Origin: Candidatus Nomurabacteria bacterium
Lineage (GTDB): Bacteria; Patescibacteriota; Minisyncoccia; Phycocordibacterales; SBAW01
Direction of reading: 5' to 3'
NCBI GenBank assembly: GCA_020854065.1
Contig: JADZGF010000016.1
Coordinates: 20,784-84,783, forward strand
DNA: 64,000 bases
How positions within the stretch are numbered: position 1 is the stretch's first letter; each line of letters starts with the position of its first letter. Of this stretch, positions 55,250-64,000 are shown in pieces. The notes below the pieces were generated by a model that made no database searches, was not told the origin of the DNA, and saw nothing but the letters and a program-made list of their open reading frames with translations. A program made the position numbers and the translations under genes.

Positions 55250-56262
55250 AGATTAAATAAATTGAAAGGCGATCCGGATCCTTGGCCAAAGAGTATACGT
55301 ACTGCATTTTCTGCAGCTTGCACAAACTCTGCAGGGTTATTGTTTTGAAGAGAGACACTCAATAAAGATTCACCTTCCCCTGTTCCTGTTTGTCGCAGTG
55401 TAAGGATACCCTGCGCGGCATCAGGGCCGGTTGCTTCGGCGCCATCCAACCGCCATGCATAACTTAGTGCCCCACCTTTTTTACTCGGATTGGAATAATA
55501 AAATGGTTCGGCTTTTATTGAAATCTCGCTATCGATGAGTGAAATACCGTTAGTGAGTGCCTGATCGTATATAGGGCCCCGTAATGCATCGTGTTGGTAA
55601 AGAATGACAAGTGGTTCGGTTGTAGGAATAGAGACATACCCCACCCCTACTTTTACAGTACCTGCATATACGTCAACTTGTATATCTTCTGACGTCTTAA
55701 GTTGGTCACCGGAAAAGCGGAATGTGGTACGGCCCAAGCCTGATGCGGCTGGTACAGGTTCACCACCACGCTGCCACTGATAGGACAGGACATTAGGAGA
55801 TACACGCGATGTTCCTTGGTACACCGTTGGGAGCGCAACGACAGTGAGGGGTGAACCAGCACTATAAAGTGCTTTCCCGCGGTAAAGGGGCGGTATTGAG
55901 GTGTCCGCTTCCCACAAAAGGGTAACAGTCGAGGGACTGAAGTTAAACGTTTTATTGAAATTGCCCGCAGTTGACTCAATTGTTACTCGTATAGTTGTCG
56001 TTTTGCCAAATGCTCCGGTTGTAAAAGAGTACTGTCTCTCCCCAACCCCGCTTTTTACTACACTTCCGTCCTGGGACCAGGTTATCTTTGATTCCCCAAT
56101 AAAGCTCCCAGTCCCTTCTATGTCGATAGTTACCACCTGGTTTGCTCCTGGTGTATCGGGAGAGACAACGTAGCGCACAGGGTCTGGTACCGCTGTTTGC
56201 GCAAACAGTATCGCTGGGGCAAAGAGCCCAAGTGTTATAGCTATGTTACGCAGCTGTCGCAT
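55246..56262 (-). CDS. secreted protein with Ig-like domains
   Basis: Signal peptide, WEADTSIPPLYRGKAL, repeated Y.W beta-strand motifs. Confidence 0.7.
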   Translation of the reverse strand: MRQLRNIAITLGLFAPAILFAQTAVPDPVRYVVSPDTPGANQVVTIDIEGTGSFIGESKITWSQDGSVVKSGVGERQYSFTTGAFGKTTTIRVTIESTAGNFNKTFNFSPSTVTLLWEADTSIPPLYRGKALYSAGSPLTVVALPTVYQGTSRVSPNVLSYQWQRGGEPVPAASGLGRTTFRFSGDQLKTSEDIQVDVYAGTVKVGVGYVSIPTTEPLVILYQHDALRGPIYDQALTNGISLIDSEISIKAEPFYYSNPSKKGGALSYAWRLDGAEATGPDAAQGILTLRQTGTGEGESLLSVSLQNNNPAEFVQAAENAVRILFGQGSGSPFNLFNL

Positions 56263-56749
56263 ATGATTGATTGTTAACCCGTACTCCATCGATATTTACC
56301 CGTGAGTTTTCTGCAGGTTGAGTTTCGGCACGCTCCTCGGCCTCGTCGGCCGCTTTTCGCTCCTCTTTATGGATGCTTCGAATAGTGAGTATTGTGGCAA
56401 TAGTCCACCATGGAAGGTTATTTACGCCAGGGATTATTTCTCCAAAAAGTGCAATAAAAATGCGGCGCAAGATAATAGCCTCGATTCTCGTTTTTAAGCG
56501 GTGAGAATTGCTGTTAAAGGTTATGTACATACCAAACATGTGTCCTACGCCAGCCGTAAGGCTTATTGAACCGTTTATAGCCACCCCCATAGCAATACCA
56601 AGTGGCATACTCGCCGCACTGGTGATTTGCCCCAAAATTGGAATTGCATTAACTCCTGCGAGTAACCCAATGATTGAGAGGGAGATTCCTGCCTGGAGTA
56701 TGTCTATAAATAGGGCAAAAACTATAAACGGCATGCCTTTAAGCCACAT
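56246..56749 (-). CDS. membrane protein of the secretion cluster
   Basis: ALFIDILQ...EIIPGVNNLPWWT hydrophobic protein directly downstream of virB4. Confidence 0.7.
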   Translation of the reverse strand: MWLKGMPFIVFALFIDILQAGISLSIIGLLAGVNAIPILGQITSAASMPLGIAMGVAINGSISLTAGVGHMFGMYITFNSNSHRLKTRIEAIILRRIFIALFGEIIPGVNNLPWWTIATILTIRSIHKEERKAADEAEERAETQPAENSRVNIDGVRVNNQSYATAA

Positions 56750-56753
56750 GGCT

Positions 56754-58565
56754 TTATTGTACCGCCACTTCAGCGCGCTTCTTGCGCAATGCCAACACCT
56801 GGCTTGGGTCCGAAGTAATGATCTGATCTTCGGTATATGAGGCGATCACCTTAATAGCAACGTGTTTTAAGCCTGCAAAGAAGATTCCCTCCCCTACATC
56901 TGACTCTAGGAGCAAGAATTTCTCCTCGTCCGAGAGGTTAAATGTCTTTTGCAGGGTATCAATAGTGGTCGGTGACTGTTTTAGCAGTATTTGGATGGAT
57001 GAGTTGGTGATCATCGGCAATCCATACGGTGACTTCAAGAAGTCATCAACGTCTTGGGTGATGGTGGCAAGGCCCAAGTAGTATTTACGGCCGCGCTTTG
57101 CCATACCGTAGAGGAAGCTCGCGGTGTCATCACTCTTCATCATCCACCATGCCTCATCGATAACAAGTAGGCGCTTTTTTAGGTTTTTACGCACTGCATT
57201 CCAAATGTAGTGGGTAATGAGGTACATGGCGACGGGTTTAAGGTCATCTTCCATGTCTCGAACTGAGAACACTACAAAACGCTTGTTAAGGTCGACGTTG
57301 GTTGGTTGGTTGATAAACCCTGACCACGTACCTTTGGTGTATTTAGAAAGTCTTTGCACCAAAGACTCTGACCCTTCCATTCCCGCTAACACCAATTCAA
57401 AGTCGGAAAGGAGCGGTGGCTCTATTTCTGCGAAGTTACTATCGACGGTGATGTCTTTCAGAGCGTAGGTTTCAGTAATTGCTTTATCGATGATTGCATC
57501 TTCTTCAGGGGTAAGACCGCCGAGCATGATGCGGAACATGCCGACTAGCGCCACAATGTTGCTGCGCAAAACATCTGCGGGTGACTCATCCTCACGTGGA
57601 GGTGCCAAGTCGAACGGATTGATGTGGTGCTCGGAGTTAAGCGAGATGTTGAAGTAACGTCCCCCTACTGCTTGGGAGAGGAACTCATATTCACGCTCAG
57701 GGTCGATAACAATAACTTCGGTATCAAACATGAGTGTACGCAAAATCTCAAGTTTGGTTGCATAACTTTTACCTGAACCTGATTTTGCGAAAATAACTGA
57801 GTTGTAGTTTTCAAGACTAAAACGGTCGAAGAGGACTAACGAAGCGTTGTGTCGGTTAACTCCGTAGAGAATACCTTTGTCGGAAGTAAGGTCAAACGAT
57901 ACGAATGGGAATATTGAAGAGAGAGGGCTTGAGTTGAGTTTAGAGTGGACTCCCAATTCGTCGCGTCCAAGTGGAATTACCGATTTAAATCCCTGCTCTT
58001 GTTGGAATAGTGCCGGTTTTACATATACCAAACGGCTCTCGAGCATAGACTTAATCTCGCTCTCAGACTTATCAAGTTCTTCCGCTGTGGTTCCGTATAT
58101 GGTGATGTATACGCCTACATCAAAGAGTTTCTCTTGCGCCTGCTGCAATTGATCACGGAGGGATTCAAGGTCTTGATATGCGGTGTCTAAGACTGGGTCG
58201 CGAACCAAGCCTTTCTCCTCGCGGGACATAATCTGGCTTTGCACTTCAGCCACTTTCTTTTGGAACTTCTTCAGTATCTCCCCCGAGTCGATGGGATGAA
58301 TATAAATAGATATATCGAGTACTTTGTCGAGGTTGATGATGGGAGCAAACCATGAGTCCGTAAGTGTGCGCGGGTATGACATGACAAAGAAGGTTCGAGC
58401 AATTTTGTCTCCGAGGTTTATTTCGCGCGGCGTAATCTTCAGTGCAGAAGGGGCAATAACGTCTTGAAGCTCAAGGACACCCTCCTTGTATATCTGCTCG
58501 GGCAAGATCGGCGCAATAGGCGCTTGCGAATCTCTTTGTTTTTTTAAGAAGTCAAGAAATGCCAT
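56754..58565 (-). CDS. virB4: VirB4-like type IV secretion ATPase
   Basis: AKSGSGKSY Walker A, VIDPEREY, HINPFD, LVIDEAWW Walker B, RGRKY, ITQDV. Confidence 0.9.
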   Translation of the reverse strand: MAFLDFLKKQRDSQAPIAPILPEQIYKEGVLELQDVIAPSALKITPREINLGDKIARTFFVMSYPRTLTDSWFAPIINLDKVLDISIYIHPIDSGEILKKFQKKVAEVQSQIMSREEKGLVRDPVLDTAYQDLESLRDQLQQAQEKLFDVGVYITIYGTTAEELDKSESEIKSMLESRLVYVKPALFQQEQGFKSVIPLGRDELGVHSKLNSSPLSSIFPFVSFDLTSDKGILYGVNRHNASLVLFDRFSLENYNSVIFAKSGSGKSYATKLEILRTLMFDTEVIVIDPEREYEFLSQAVGGRYFNISLNSEHHINPFDLAPPREDESPADVLRSNIVALVGMFRIMLGGLTPEEDAIIDKAITETYALKDITVDSNFAEIEPPLLSDFELVLAGMEGSESLVQRLSKYTKGTWSGFINQPTNVDLNKRFVVFSVRDMEDDLKPVAMYLITHYIWNAVRKNLKKRLLVIDEAWWMMKSDDTASFLYGMAKRGRKYYLGLATITQDVDDFLKSPYGLPMITNSSIQILLKQSPTTIDTLQKTFNLSDEEKFLLLESDVGEGIFFAGLKHVAIKVIASYTEDQIITSDPSQVLALRKKRAEVAVQ

Positions 58566-58566
58566 A

Positions 58567-59226
58567 TTATTTAACGAGTTGAATTGGTTTTTCGAGCTCG
58601 CCAGGATTGAAAAGCTTATAGAAGAGTTCGATAACCTCTTCAGTGCCAAGTGTTACCACCCGTACACCGGTGCGCACTAAGCCTTGCTCGATAACACTGA
58701 TGCGCTGTTCAATCTGGGTTCGGTATTGTTCGAACTGCTCATCGGTAAGTATGGCAGAAGTGCTCGGGCCAGTTGAAAGAAGATTTGAAAGTGCGCCACC
58801 CACTCCCCCGCCTCGCGCAACAAGTGCAGGATCATACGGCACCACGATAAAGAAGTTTTTACTCATGATGTTCGCGCGCTCGGTGAAGTCTTTGATGAAA
58901 GCAATATATTCACGGATCTGTATTTTCATAAGATCGTCGAGTTCTTTAACGTAGCGGTCTTCCAGGAGTGCAATGTATGGGCGGATATCGAGTTCTCTAC
59001 TCTCGACAAAAAACTGTACGCTAAATTCTAGTGAGTTAAGAAAGTTTTGAAATTGTCCAATAACTGCCTGTTGTTCATCTTGCGATTTAAGCGCGAGGTT
59101 AATGGAGGATGCCATAAGTACCGCACGCAGACTTCCGTCCTTGAGCACCACAATACCGTCGCGTACCTCTTTAAGTGGTACGAAATCCTGCGTTGCTTGT
59201 GATTTAACTTTAGTGTTGGTAGGCAT
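58567..59226 (-). CDS. TraC/TrsD-like protein (VirB4-associated)
   Basis: ATQDFVPLKEVRDG, SINLALKS.DEQ, FQNFLNSLEF, KNFFIVVPY, ELFYKLFNP. Confidence 0.75.
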   Translation of the reverse strand: MPTNTKVKSQATQDFVPLKEVRDGIVVLKDGSLRAVLMASSINLALKSQDEQQAVIGQFQNFLNSLEFSVQFFVESRELDIRPYIALLEDRYVKELDDLMKIQIREYIAFIKDFTERANIMSKNFFIVVPYDPALVARGGGVGGALSNLLSTGPSTSAILTDEQFEQYRTQIEQRISVIEQGLVRTGVRVVTLGTEEVIELFYKLFNPGELEKPIQLVK

Positions 59227-59231
59227 GGGTA

Positions 59232-59684
59232 TTAAATTTGGAAACCTGCTCTGGGCTGTTGAGGCTCTTCTTGTGCCCTGTCTTTGATATTAAGCGACCA
59301 AGAGAGGTCTCGGAGTTTGCTTTCGGAGAGTTTGGGGACAGGGAGCGCCTCGGTTGGTTTCTGGCCAGGAGCCACCGCCTCTGTTGGTGCAGATTTTTGG
59401 GGAGTGCGCGGTGCCCAAAGGTAGAGCTTGCTCCCTATGTAATAGCTAAATGCGTGTTCCATAGCGACGATGAAAGGTCTGTCGTTGATTTCGTAAAATG
59501 CGAGCGCGAGAGAAAGTGCAAGAGGCGGAAGCATAAGCGGTATAGAGAGCCATAGTGGTAATACCGTAAAGAGCGCCAAGCATATACCTCCACCTCCTGC
59601 GACATAAATAAACTGCTTGAGCGTGAGTGGCCCAAAGATCTTGTCCTCGACCTCAATGAATTGGGGCACCTGGTACTGCGCCAT
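59232..59684 (-). CDS. PrgI family (VirB3-like) protein
   Basis: QYQVPQFIEVEDKIFGPLTLKQF plus two TM segments and INDRPF. Confidence 0.88.
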   Translation of the reverse strand: MAQYQVPQFIEVEDKIFGPLTLKQFIYVAGGGGICLALFTVLPLWLSIPLMLPPLALSLALAFYEINDRPFIVAMEHAFSYYIGSKLYLWAPRTPQKSAPTEAVAPGQKPTEALPVPKLSESKLRDLSWSLNIKDRAQEEPQQPRAGFQI

Positions 59685-59700
59685 TACCCTTAGTATAGCG

Positions 59701-60240
59701 CTATTCTGCTGGCTCTCGGTATGGGTCGACCTTAACAATAGGTTTTTCTTGCGGTTTTGGTGCAGGAGCTACACTTGCAGTGGGTTGTGTCAGTATAGTT
59801 TCGGCGTGTACGTCGACTGGTTTTTCAACTCTCTGTACTGCTGAAGGTTGAATTGGGGTCGTTTCTGGTGGTTGAGGAGCGGAAACATCAGGGGTAACTG
59901 CAGGTTGTTCAGGATGTCGCTCTTCCATGAAGCGCTTCATAGACTCACGGATAGGTAAAAAGATTTCAGTATTTACTTCGGCTGCAAGTACTTGAGCTTT
60001 CTCGGGTGGGATATGCAATTGCTCGGCAATTTGCGGCGCAAATTCGTCTGTTCCTGCAAAACCGAGCATGACGAGGAGTGTCTCGTCTTCGAGCAAACCC
60101 ATTTGATCAATATGGAGCGCGTGTCGCTGCCCTATCTCACGGATCTTAGGTTCCCATGAGGCCGACTCTATGGCGTGCCGAACATCTGGAGGGAGTTCGG
60201 CGAGTCGCTGAGCTATTTTTGCTTGAATATCTTGTTCCAT
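59701..60240 (-). CDS. hypothetical protein of the secretion cluster
   Basis: LHIDQMG.L, EIFLPIRES, Pro-rich linker, C-terminal DPYREP. Confidence 0.7.
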   Translation of the reverse strand: MEQDIQAKIAQRLAELPPDVRHAIESASWEPKIREIGQRHALHIDQMGLLEDETLLVMLGFAGTDEFAPQIAEQLHIPPEKAQVLAAEVNTEIFLPIRESMKRFMEERHPEQPAVTPDVSAPQPPETTPIQPSAVQRVEKPVDVHAETILTQPTASVAPAPKPQEKPIVKVDPYREPAE

Positions 60241-60257
60241 ATCATTCTCTATTGTAC

Positions 60258-62993
60258 CTAAGCAACATTCCGATCTTCACTTGGCGGGACATTGTCGTTA
60301 GCTGCGTTGTTTAACTGATTTTGGTCGACTCCTATATTTCCCTGTTCTGGGAGTTTTTGAGCTTTCGGTATCGTTTGTTGAGGAGTTGAAGCTAAATGCT
60401 GTGCCGTCTTTTCAGTACTTTTTACCACCTCTTTTAGTCCGCTTTGAAGTCCACGAAGTGTGTCGAGCGATTTATCATCAAGCGCAACCTTCGGCGTATC
60501 GGTCAGGCCCGGAGTGCTTGGTTTGTTATCTACATAGGATTTAACCTCAGGAGTACTTGGACGTGATACGACTTCGTTAAGGGGTAGCGGTGCTGAACGA
60601 TCGGATGATGTCACTTCTGTGCGCATTTCATCAAGTACTCGACGCACGGCCGTTTCTCCACTTATAGTGCTAGCGGCATGAGTAGTGGCGCCACTTGGGG
60701 TACTAGAAGGGACTGCGGTTCCAGCTATTGCTGGAGTTGGTGTGGTGGGGGGTGTTGGGGGCGCAGAAGCAGGAGATCCAGAGGGAGATGGTCCGCCGCC
60801 TGGGCCTCTACCCGGGCCTCCACCACCGCCTGGGCCTCCACCACCACCTCCTGGCCCACCGCTTGGTCCCCCGCCAGATAGGGGTGGGGTGGTGGCATTT
60901 TTTATGAGGCTTCTCAAACGATCCGCCTCTTCTTTAGGTGCACGAAGTTGTGCAGCGGCTTCAGCGTCCGCTGCAGATATCCAACCAGGGACTGGAAAAT
61001 GGCCTGTTGCGCCGTAGAGATTCTGCTTCGACATTATGTCAATTGAGTTTGCATAATTGCTGACGTTTCCGGAACCAGCGAGTTTTTTAGCATTATCGAG
61101 CAGAGGTTTTAGCTCGTCATCGTAGCGTTTCTTGGCTTTTTTGAGGTCACGTTCGGATATTTCACCTGAATCAAAACGAGCTTGGTCACGAGCGTAATTT
61201 TCTTCAGCAGCTTGGAGATGCATTTTGTCCACCGGCGCCATCTGTTTCAACGCTTCTTCTTGCGCTTTTTGTGTTTGTCGGTCAGTTGGCTTGAGTTTGT
61301 TTGCTTCACTAACACGTTTTGTTATACGGTCGCTGTATGATTTGACGTAACCACCAGTTGCGCCTGCGGTAGTATCAACACCAATCTTTCCAAGTCCTTT
61401 GCGAGCGCTTTCAATATTACGTACATCGAAACTCTTTTTACTCAAAGCGCCAGCCCCTCGCCACAAGCCGCCACCAATAAAACGATTTCTTGAAGCTAAT
61501 TCTTTAAGTCCTCTGCTGTTGTAGGCTGAGTTTGCAGCTGCCCCAATACTGTTGCGCATAGCCCATGCGCTGCCGCCAAAGAAAGCGCCGGTGCCTTTGC
61601 GGCTGACCCAATTGGTAAAGGTGCCTGCTGCTGTTGCACCCATTACTCCTACTTTGTCGGCGGCGCGCATACCAATATAGAGCATGGCAACCACAAAGCC
61701 GAGACGTATAGCAACGTTGGCGATACTAGCAGCGATGATTGATATAGCTGACGCAGTGTTTCCTGTATTTAAATCGCTTAAATCGCTAATAATGGACTGT
61801 GTTAGACCTCCTGCTGCTCCGGTAGGATTGAGATCCTTCATCACGAGTGAGATGAAGAGAAAGATAAAGAGGAATATGACTGGATAAAAGGTGTGGGTAA
61901 TAAGATATCTCTGCCACAAATCATAGTATTTACTCGACAAGGAAGTTGTTTTTGCGAGGAATGCCAGTGGTGATGCAACGATAAGGAACCACAGCACCAC
62001 GATGCGTGCTAAGAATTTAATTCCCGCTGCCAAAAACATTACAGCCAGGATAAAGTACATTGCGCCAACAGCAATATAAATAAACGAGAGTGTAAGAAAT
62101 ACATTGATTCCACCACCCACTCCTCTGTTTTGGTCCTTGTACCACTTGTCGAAAATGGCCGTACTAAAGAGTCCTTGCATGTTGAGTCCGTTCATAATCG
62201 GATGCGTAAGGTCTTTGGTGCGCTCGAAAGTTTTATTATTGCTTGTGAGAAATTGGGATGTGCTATTTATCGTACTTCCACCACGCGTATCTCCTAAAGT
62301 GTCCGCCAATGTCCTGCCGTCTGTTGGTACGGCGTTATAAAACTGCACCGCCAAAATGTTTCCCGCATCAATTACGAGACGAGTGAAGAAGAAGGAGAAA
62401 TTAATAATGAGCGCCATTACGATAACCCATGCAAGCATGCGCATGGTGCCACCTGACTCAGCTCTAAGTAATACGGTGTAGGCGATATAGACTAGCGCCA
62501 AAATAAAACCCATATTGGCAAGGTCGCGTGCCATAGTCCACCCTTGTGAGATAAAGCCCTGTGCATACGCTAAGCTGTTTAGTGCAAGACTCACTGCAAT
62601 ATTGAAGAAGTAGGCACCAATAAAAGCGAAAGTTGAACCTATGCCAACGGTAAATACGTAAATAACATTAGAGAGACAGAGGTCCCATGTTGAAGGACTG
62701 AATGAACAGCCGGTAGTGCCGTTTCGAGTAGCGGATACCGCGTCTCGTGTTCTCTGGGCAACCGCTTCTCTTAAGGCGGTTTGTGATTCAACGGTATCCA
62801 ACGAACTCAGGTAAGCGTTTTCTTCTGCGGTGCACGCCGACCCGCCTGAAGAGTTAACACACGCATCTGAGAGCTGCGATGAGCTTGTGATAGCAGCTAA
62901 AGTCGAGGATGGAGAACTTAATAGGATTATAAATCCCAACACAAATCCACCCACAAGGCTTATTATGAGTTTTTTTGTTACAAAGTTTGGCAT
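60258..62993 (-). CDS. VirB6/TrbL-like polytopic membrane protein with long Gly/Pro-rich C-terminal tail
   Basis: GWTMARDLANMGFI, ALIINFSFFFTRLVIDAGN, RIVVLWFLIVASPLAF...W; low-complexity tail. Confidence 0.8.
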   Translation of the reverse strand: MPNFVTKKLIISLVGGFVLGFIILLSSPSSTLAAITSSSQLSDACVNSSGGSACTAEENAYLSSLDTVESQTALREAVAQRTRDAVSATRNGTTGCSFSPSTWDLCLSNVIYVFTVGIGSTFAFIGAYFFNIAVSLALNSLAYAQGFISQGWTMARDLANMGFILALVYIAYTVLLRAESGGTMRMLAWVIVMALIINFSFFFTRLVIDAGNILAVQFYNAVPTDGRTLADTLGDTRGGSTINSTSQFLTSNNKTFERTKDLTHPIMNGLNMQGLFSTAIFDKWYKDQNRGVGGGINVFLTLSFIYIAVGAMYFILAVMFLAAGIKFLARIVVLWFLIVASPLAFLAKTTSLSSKYYDLWQRYLITHTFYPVIFLFIFLFISLVMKDLNPTGAAGGLTQSIISDLSDLNTGNTASAISIIAASIANVAIRLGFVVAMLYIGMRAADKVGVMGATAAGTFTNWVSRKGTGAFFGGSAWAMRNSIGAAANSAYNSRGLKELASRNRFIGGGLWRGAGALSKKSFDVRNIESARKGLGKIGVDTTAGATGGYVKSYSDRITKRVSEANKLKPTDRQTQKAQEEALKQMAPVDKMHLQAAEENYARDQARFDSGEISERDLKKAKKRYDDELKPLLDNAKKLAGSGNVSNYANSIDIMSKQNLYGATGHFPVPGWISAADAEAAAQLRAPKEEADRLRSLIKNATTPPLSGGGPSGGPGGGGGGPGGGGGPGRGPGGGPSPSGSPASAPPTPPTTPTPAIAGTAVPSSTPSGATTHAASTISGETAVRRVLDEMRTEVTSSDRSAPLPLNEVVSRPSTPEVKSYVDNKPSTPGLTDTPKVALDDKSLDTLRGLQSGLKEVVKSTEKTAQHLASTPQQTIPKAQKLPEQGNIGVDQNQLNNAANDNVPPSEDRNVA

Positions 62994-64000
62994 TGTTGTA
63001 GTGCGGTCTGTGTTTGTTGGTTTTGTGCGGCAAGCTCTGCCTGAAGGGTGGTACGGTCTTGTTGTGCGGTAGTGACCTGAGCTGCTGAAATAAGGGTGCC
63101 GTTAGCAACAGCTGCGTCTAGATCGTTTTTTACTGACGTTATTTGGTTTGGCGAGGTCGCTTGCAATAGACGACTCTGAAAGGCTTGAAGTGTTGCGATG
63201 ACTGTATTTGCTTCCGTAATTCGGCTGTTATAAAACGCCACACGCTGCTCGAGTGCTGTAATGCGGGCTGTTGTTGCGGCTGCTTGTGTGCTGTCATTTT
63301 TAAACTCATGACAGTTAACCAACTCTTGTATACGCTGTTGCGTTAATTGTATGTCGGTAATGGCACCTTGCGCCACGGCGCCATACTGGCTTGCGGTGTT
63401 TGATATGCCGCTGAGTGTAGTGAGAAGAGTGTTGCCTTGTGCTTGTGCCTGCTGCTGCTCCGGGGTAAGAAAATTTCCTTCGTACCCACCCAAGCCCCCG
63501 CTACCCGAAAGATTGGCAACACCACCTTGAAGTGCACGTAGCATTAATTGCTGTAGAAGCGCCGAGATTATGGTGTCGAAACTGCCAGCGACACCTGCTA
63601 ACTCAAGTGTTTTTTGCGAAACACCCAAGTTTTGCTCGAGTGCAGTTTCTATTGTTTTACCAGGCGTTACTATTTTACAGACCCGCACTGGATATGGGGT
63701 GCACTCCTCCATACTTAAAAATCCGCCAGGTGATATCTTTCGCTGCGCATCTAATTGCGCTCGGGCTTGTGTGTTACTTAACTCTACTTGGGCAAATGTG
63801 TAGGCGCCAAATGGGTTATTGGTGGGTACGGTCGTAAACTGTAATAAACCCGCCCACCCACCGCTGTTAAAGTTTCCATCCATAAAGTTTTGGATGTTGG
63901 AAGATACGCGCGACAGTGTGCATGATGCGGCATTACGTTTGGCATAACTCTGCGCAAGCGCAATACGTACTTTTAGCTGTATAGGGCTGCACAAAAATGA
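62978..64000 (-). CDS. hypothetical protein of the secretion cluster (5' end beyond the window)
   Basis: Open reading frame to the window edge; GGW...NNPFGA, GGFLS, C.IVTPG motifs and Gln-rich coiled coil. Confidence 0.7.
   Translation of the reverse strand, partial: SFLCSPIQLKVRIALAQSYAKRNAASCTLSRVSSNIQNFMDGNFNSGGWAGLLQFTTVPTNNPFGAYTFAQVELSNTQARAQLDAQRKISPGGFLSMEECTPYPVRVCKIVTPGKTIETALEQNLGVSQKTLELAGVAGSFDTIISALLQQLMLRALQGGVANLSGSGGLGGYEGNFLTPEQQQAQAQGNTLLTTLSGISNTASQYGAVAQGAITDIQLTQQRIQELVNCHEFKNDSTQAAATTARITALEQRVAFYNSRITEANTVIATLQAFQSRLLQATSPNQITSVKNDLDAAVANGTLISAAQVTTAQQDRTTLQAELAAQNQQTQTALQQCQTL

Noticed and set aside
60780-60880. GC-rich short repeats resembling a repeat array
   Set aside because: They encode the Gly/Pro tract of the VirB6-like protein; no constant repeat-spacer structure and no cas genes, so not CRISPR

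Overview
This window is core chromosome from a small-genome bacterium, very likely Patescibacteria/CPR (Parcubacteria-like). The assignment is inferred from the compact genes, rplK without rplA, rpsF-ssb-rpsR without rplI, short YebC/HolA/PolA, and a CPR-type T4SS/pilin cluster. It contains the dnaA-dnaN/rpmH-rnpA-yidC-jag origin region with DnaA boxes and a DnaA-trio-like unwinding element. It also holds many translation genes (efp, rpsF/R/T, rplK/S, rpmH, metG, glyS, ileS, argS, tyrS), ruvABC, recO, polA, murE, PBP1A, a PilB ATPase, 8 tRNA genes and part of a VirB4/VirB6/PrgI/pilin secretion locus. The most notable observations are: (1) a Shine-Dalgarno-using island beside glyA encoding a divergent ThyA missing two phosphate-binding Arg, an HxHxQ HIT enzyme, a cytidylyltransferase, a dCMP deaminase fused to a degenerate cytidylyltransferase domain, and DHFR, which may be an undescribed nucleotide-conjugate route to thymidylate; (2) two unrelated stand-alone endonuclease-like genes whose stop codons lie inside the 5' ends of tRNA genes; (3) a pervasive TAnnnT-N6/7-ATG leaderless architecture; (4) an unannotated ~166-nt structured RNA candidate (6S-like) before ruvB; (5) an IleRS with an inserted histidine-phosphatase domain, an EF-P with a non-canonical KQQRKP loop, and a hyper-acidic microprotein after ruvC. 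No CRISPR array, rRNA or transposase was seen. All calls come from reading motifs by eye; no database search was run.
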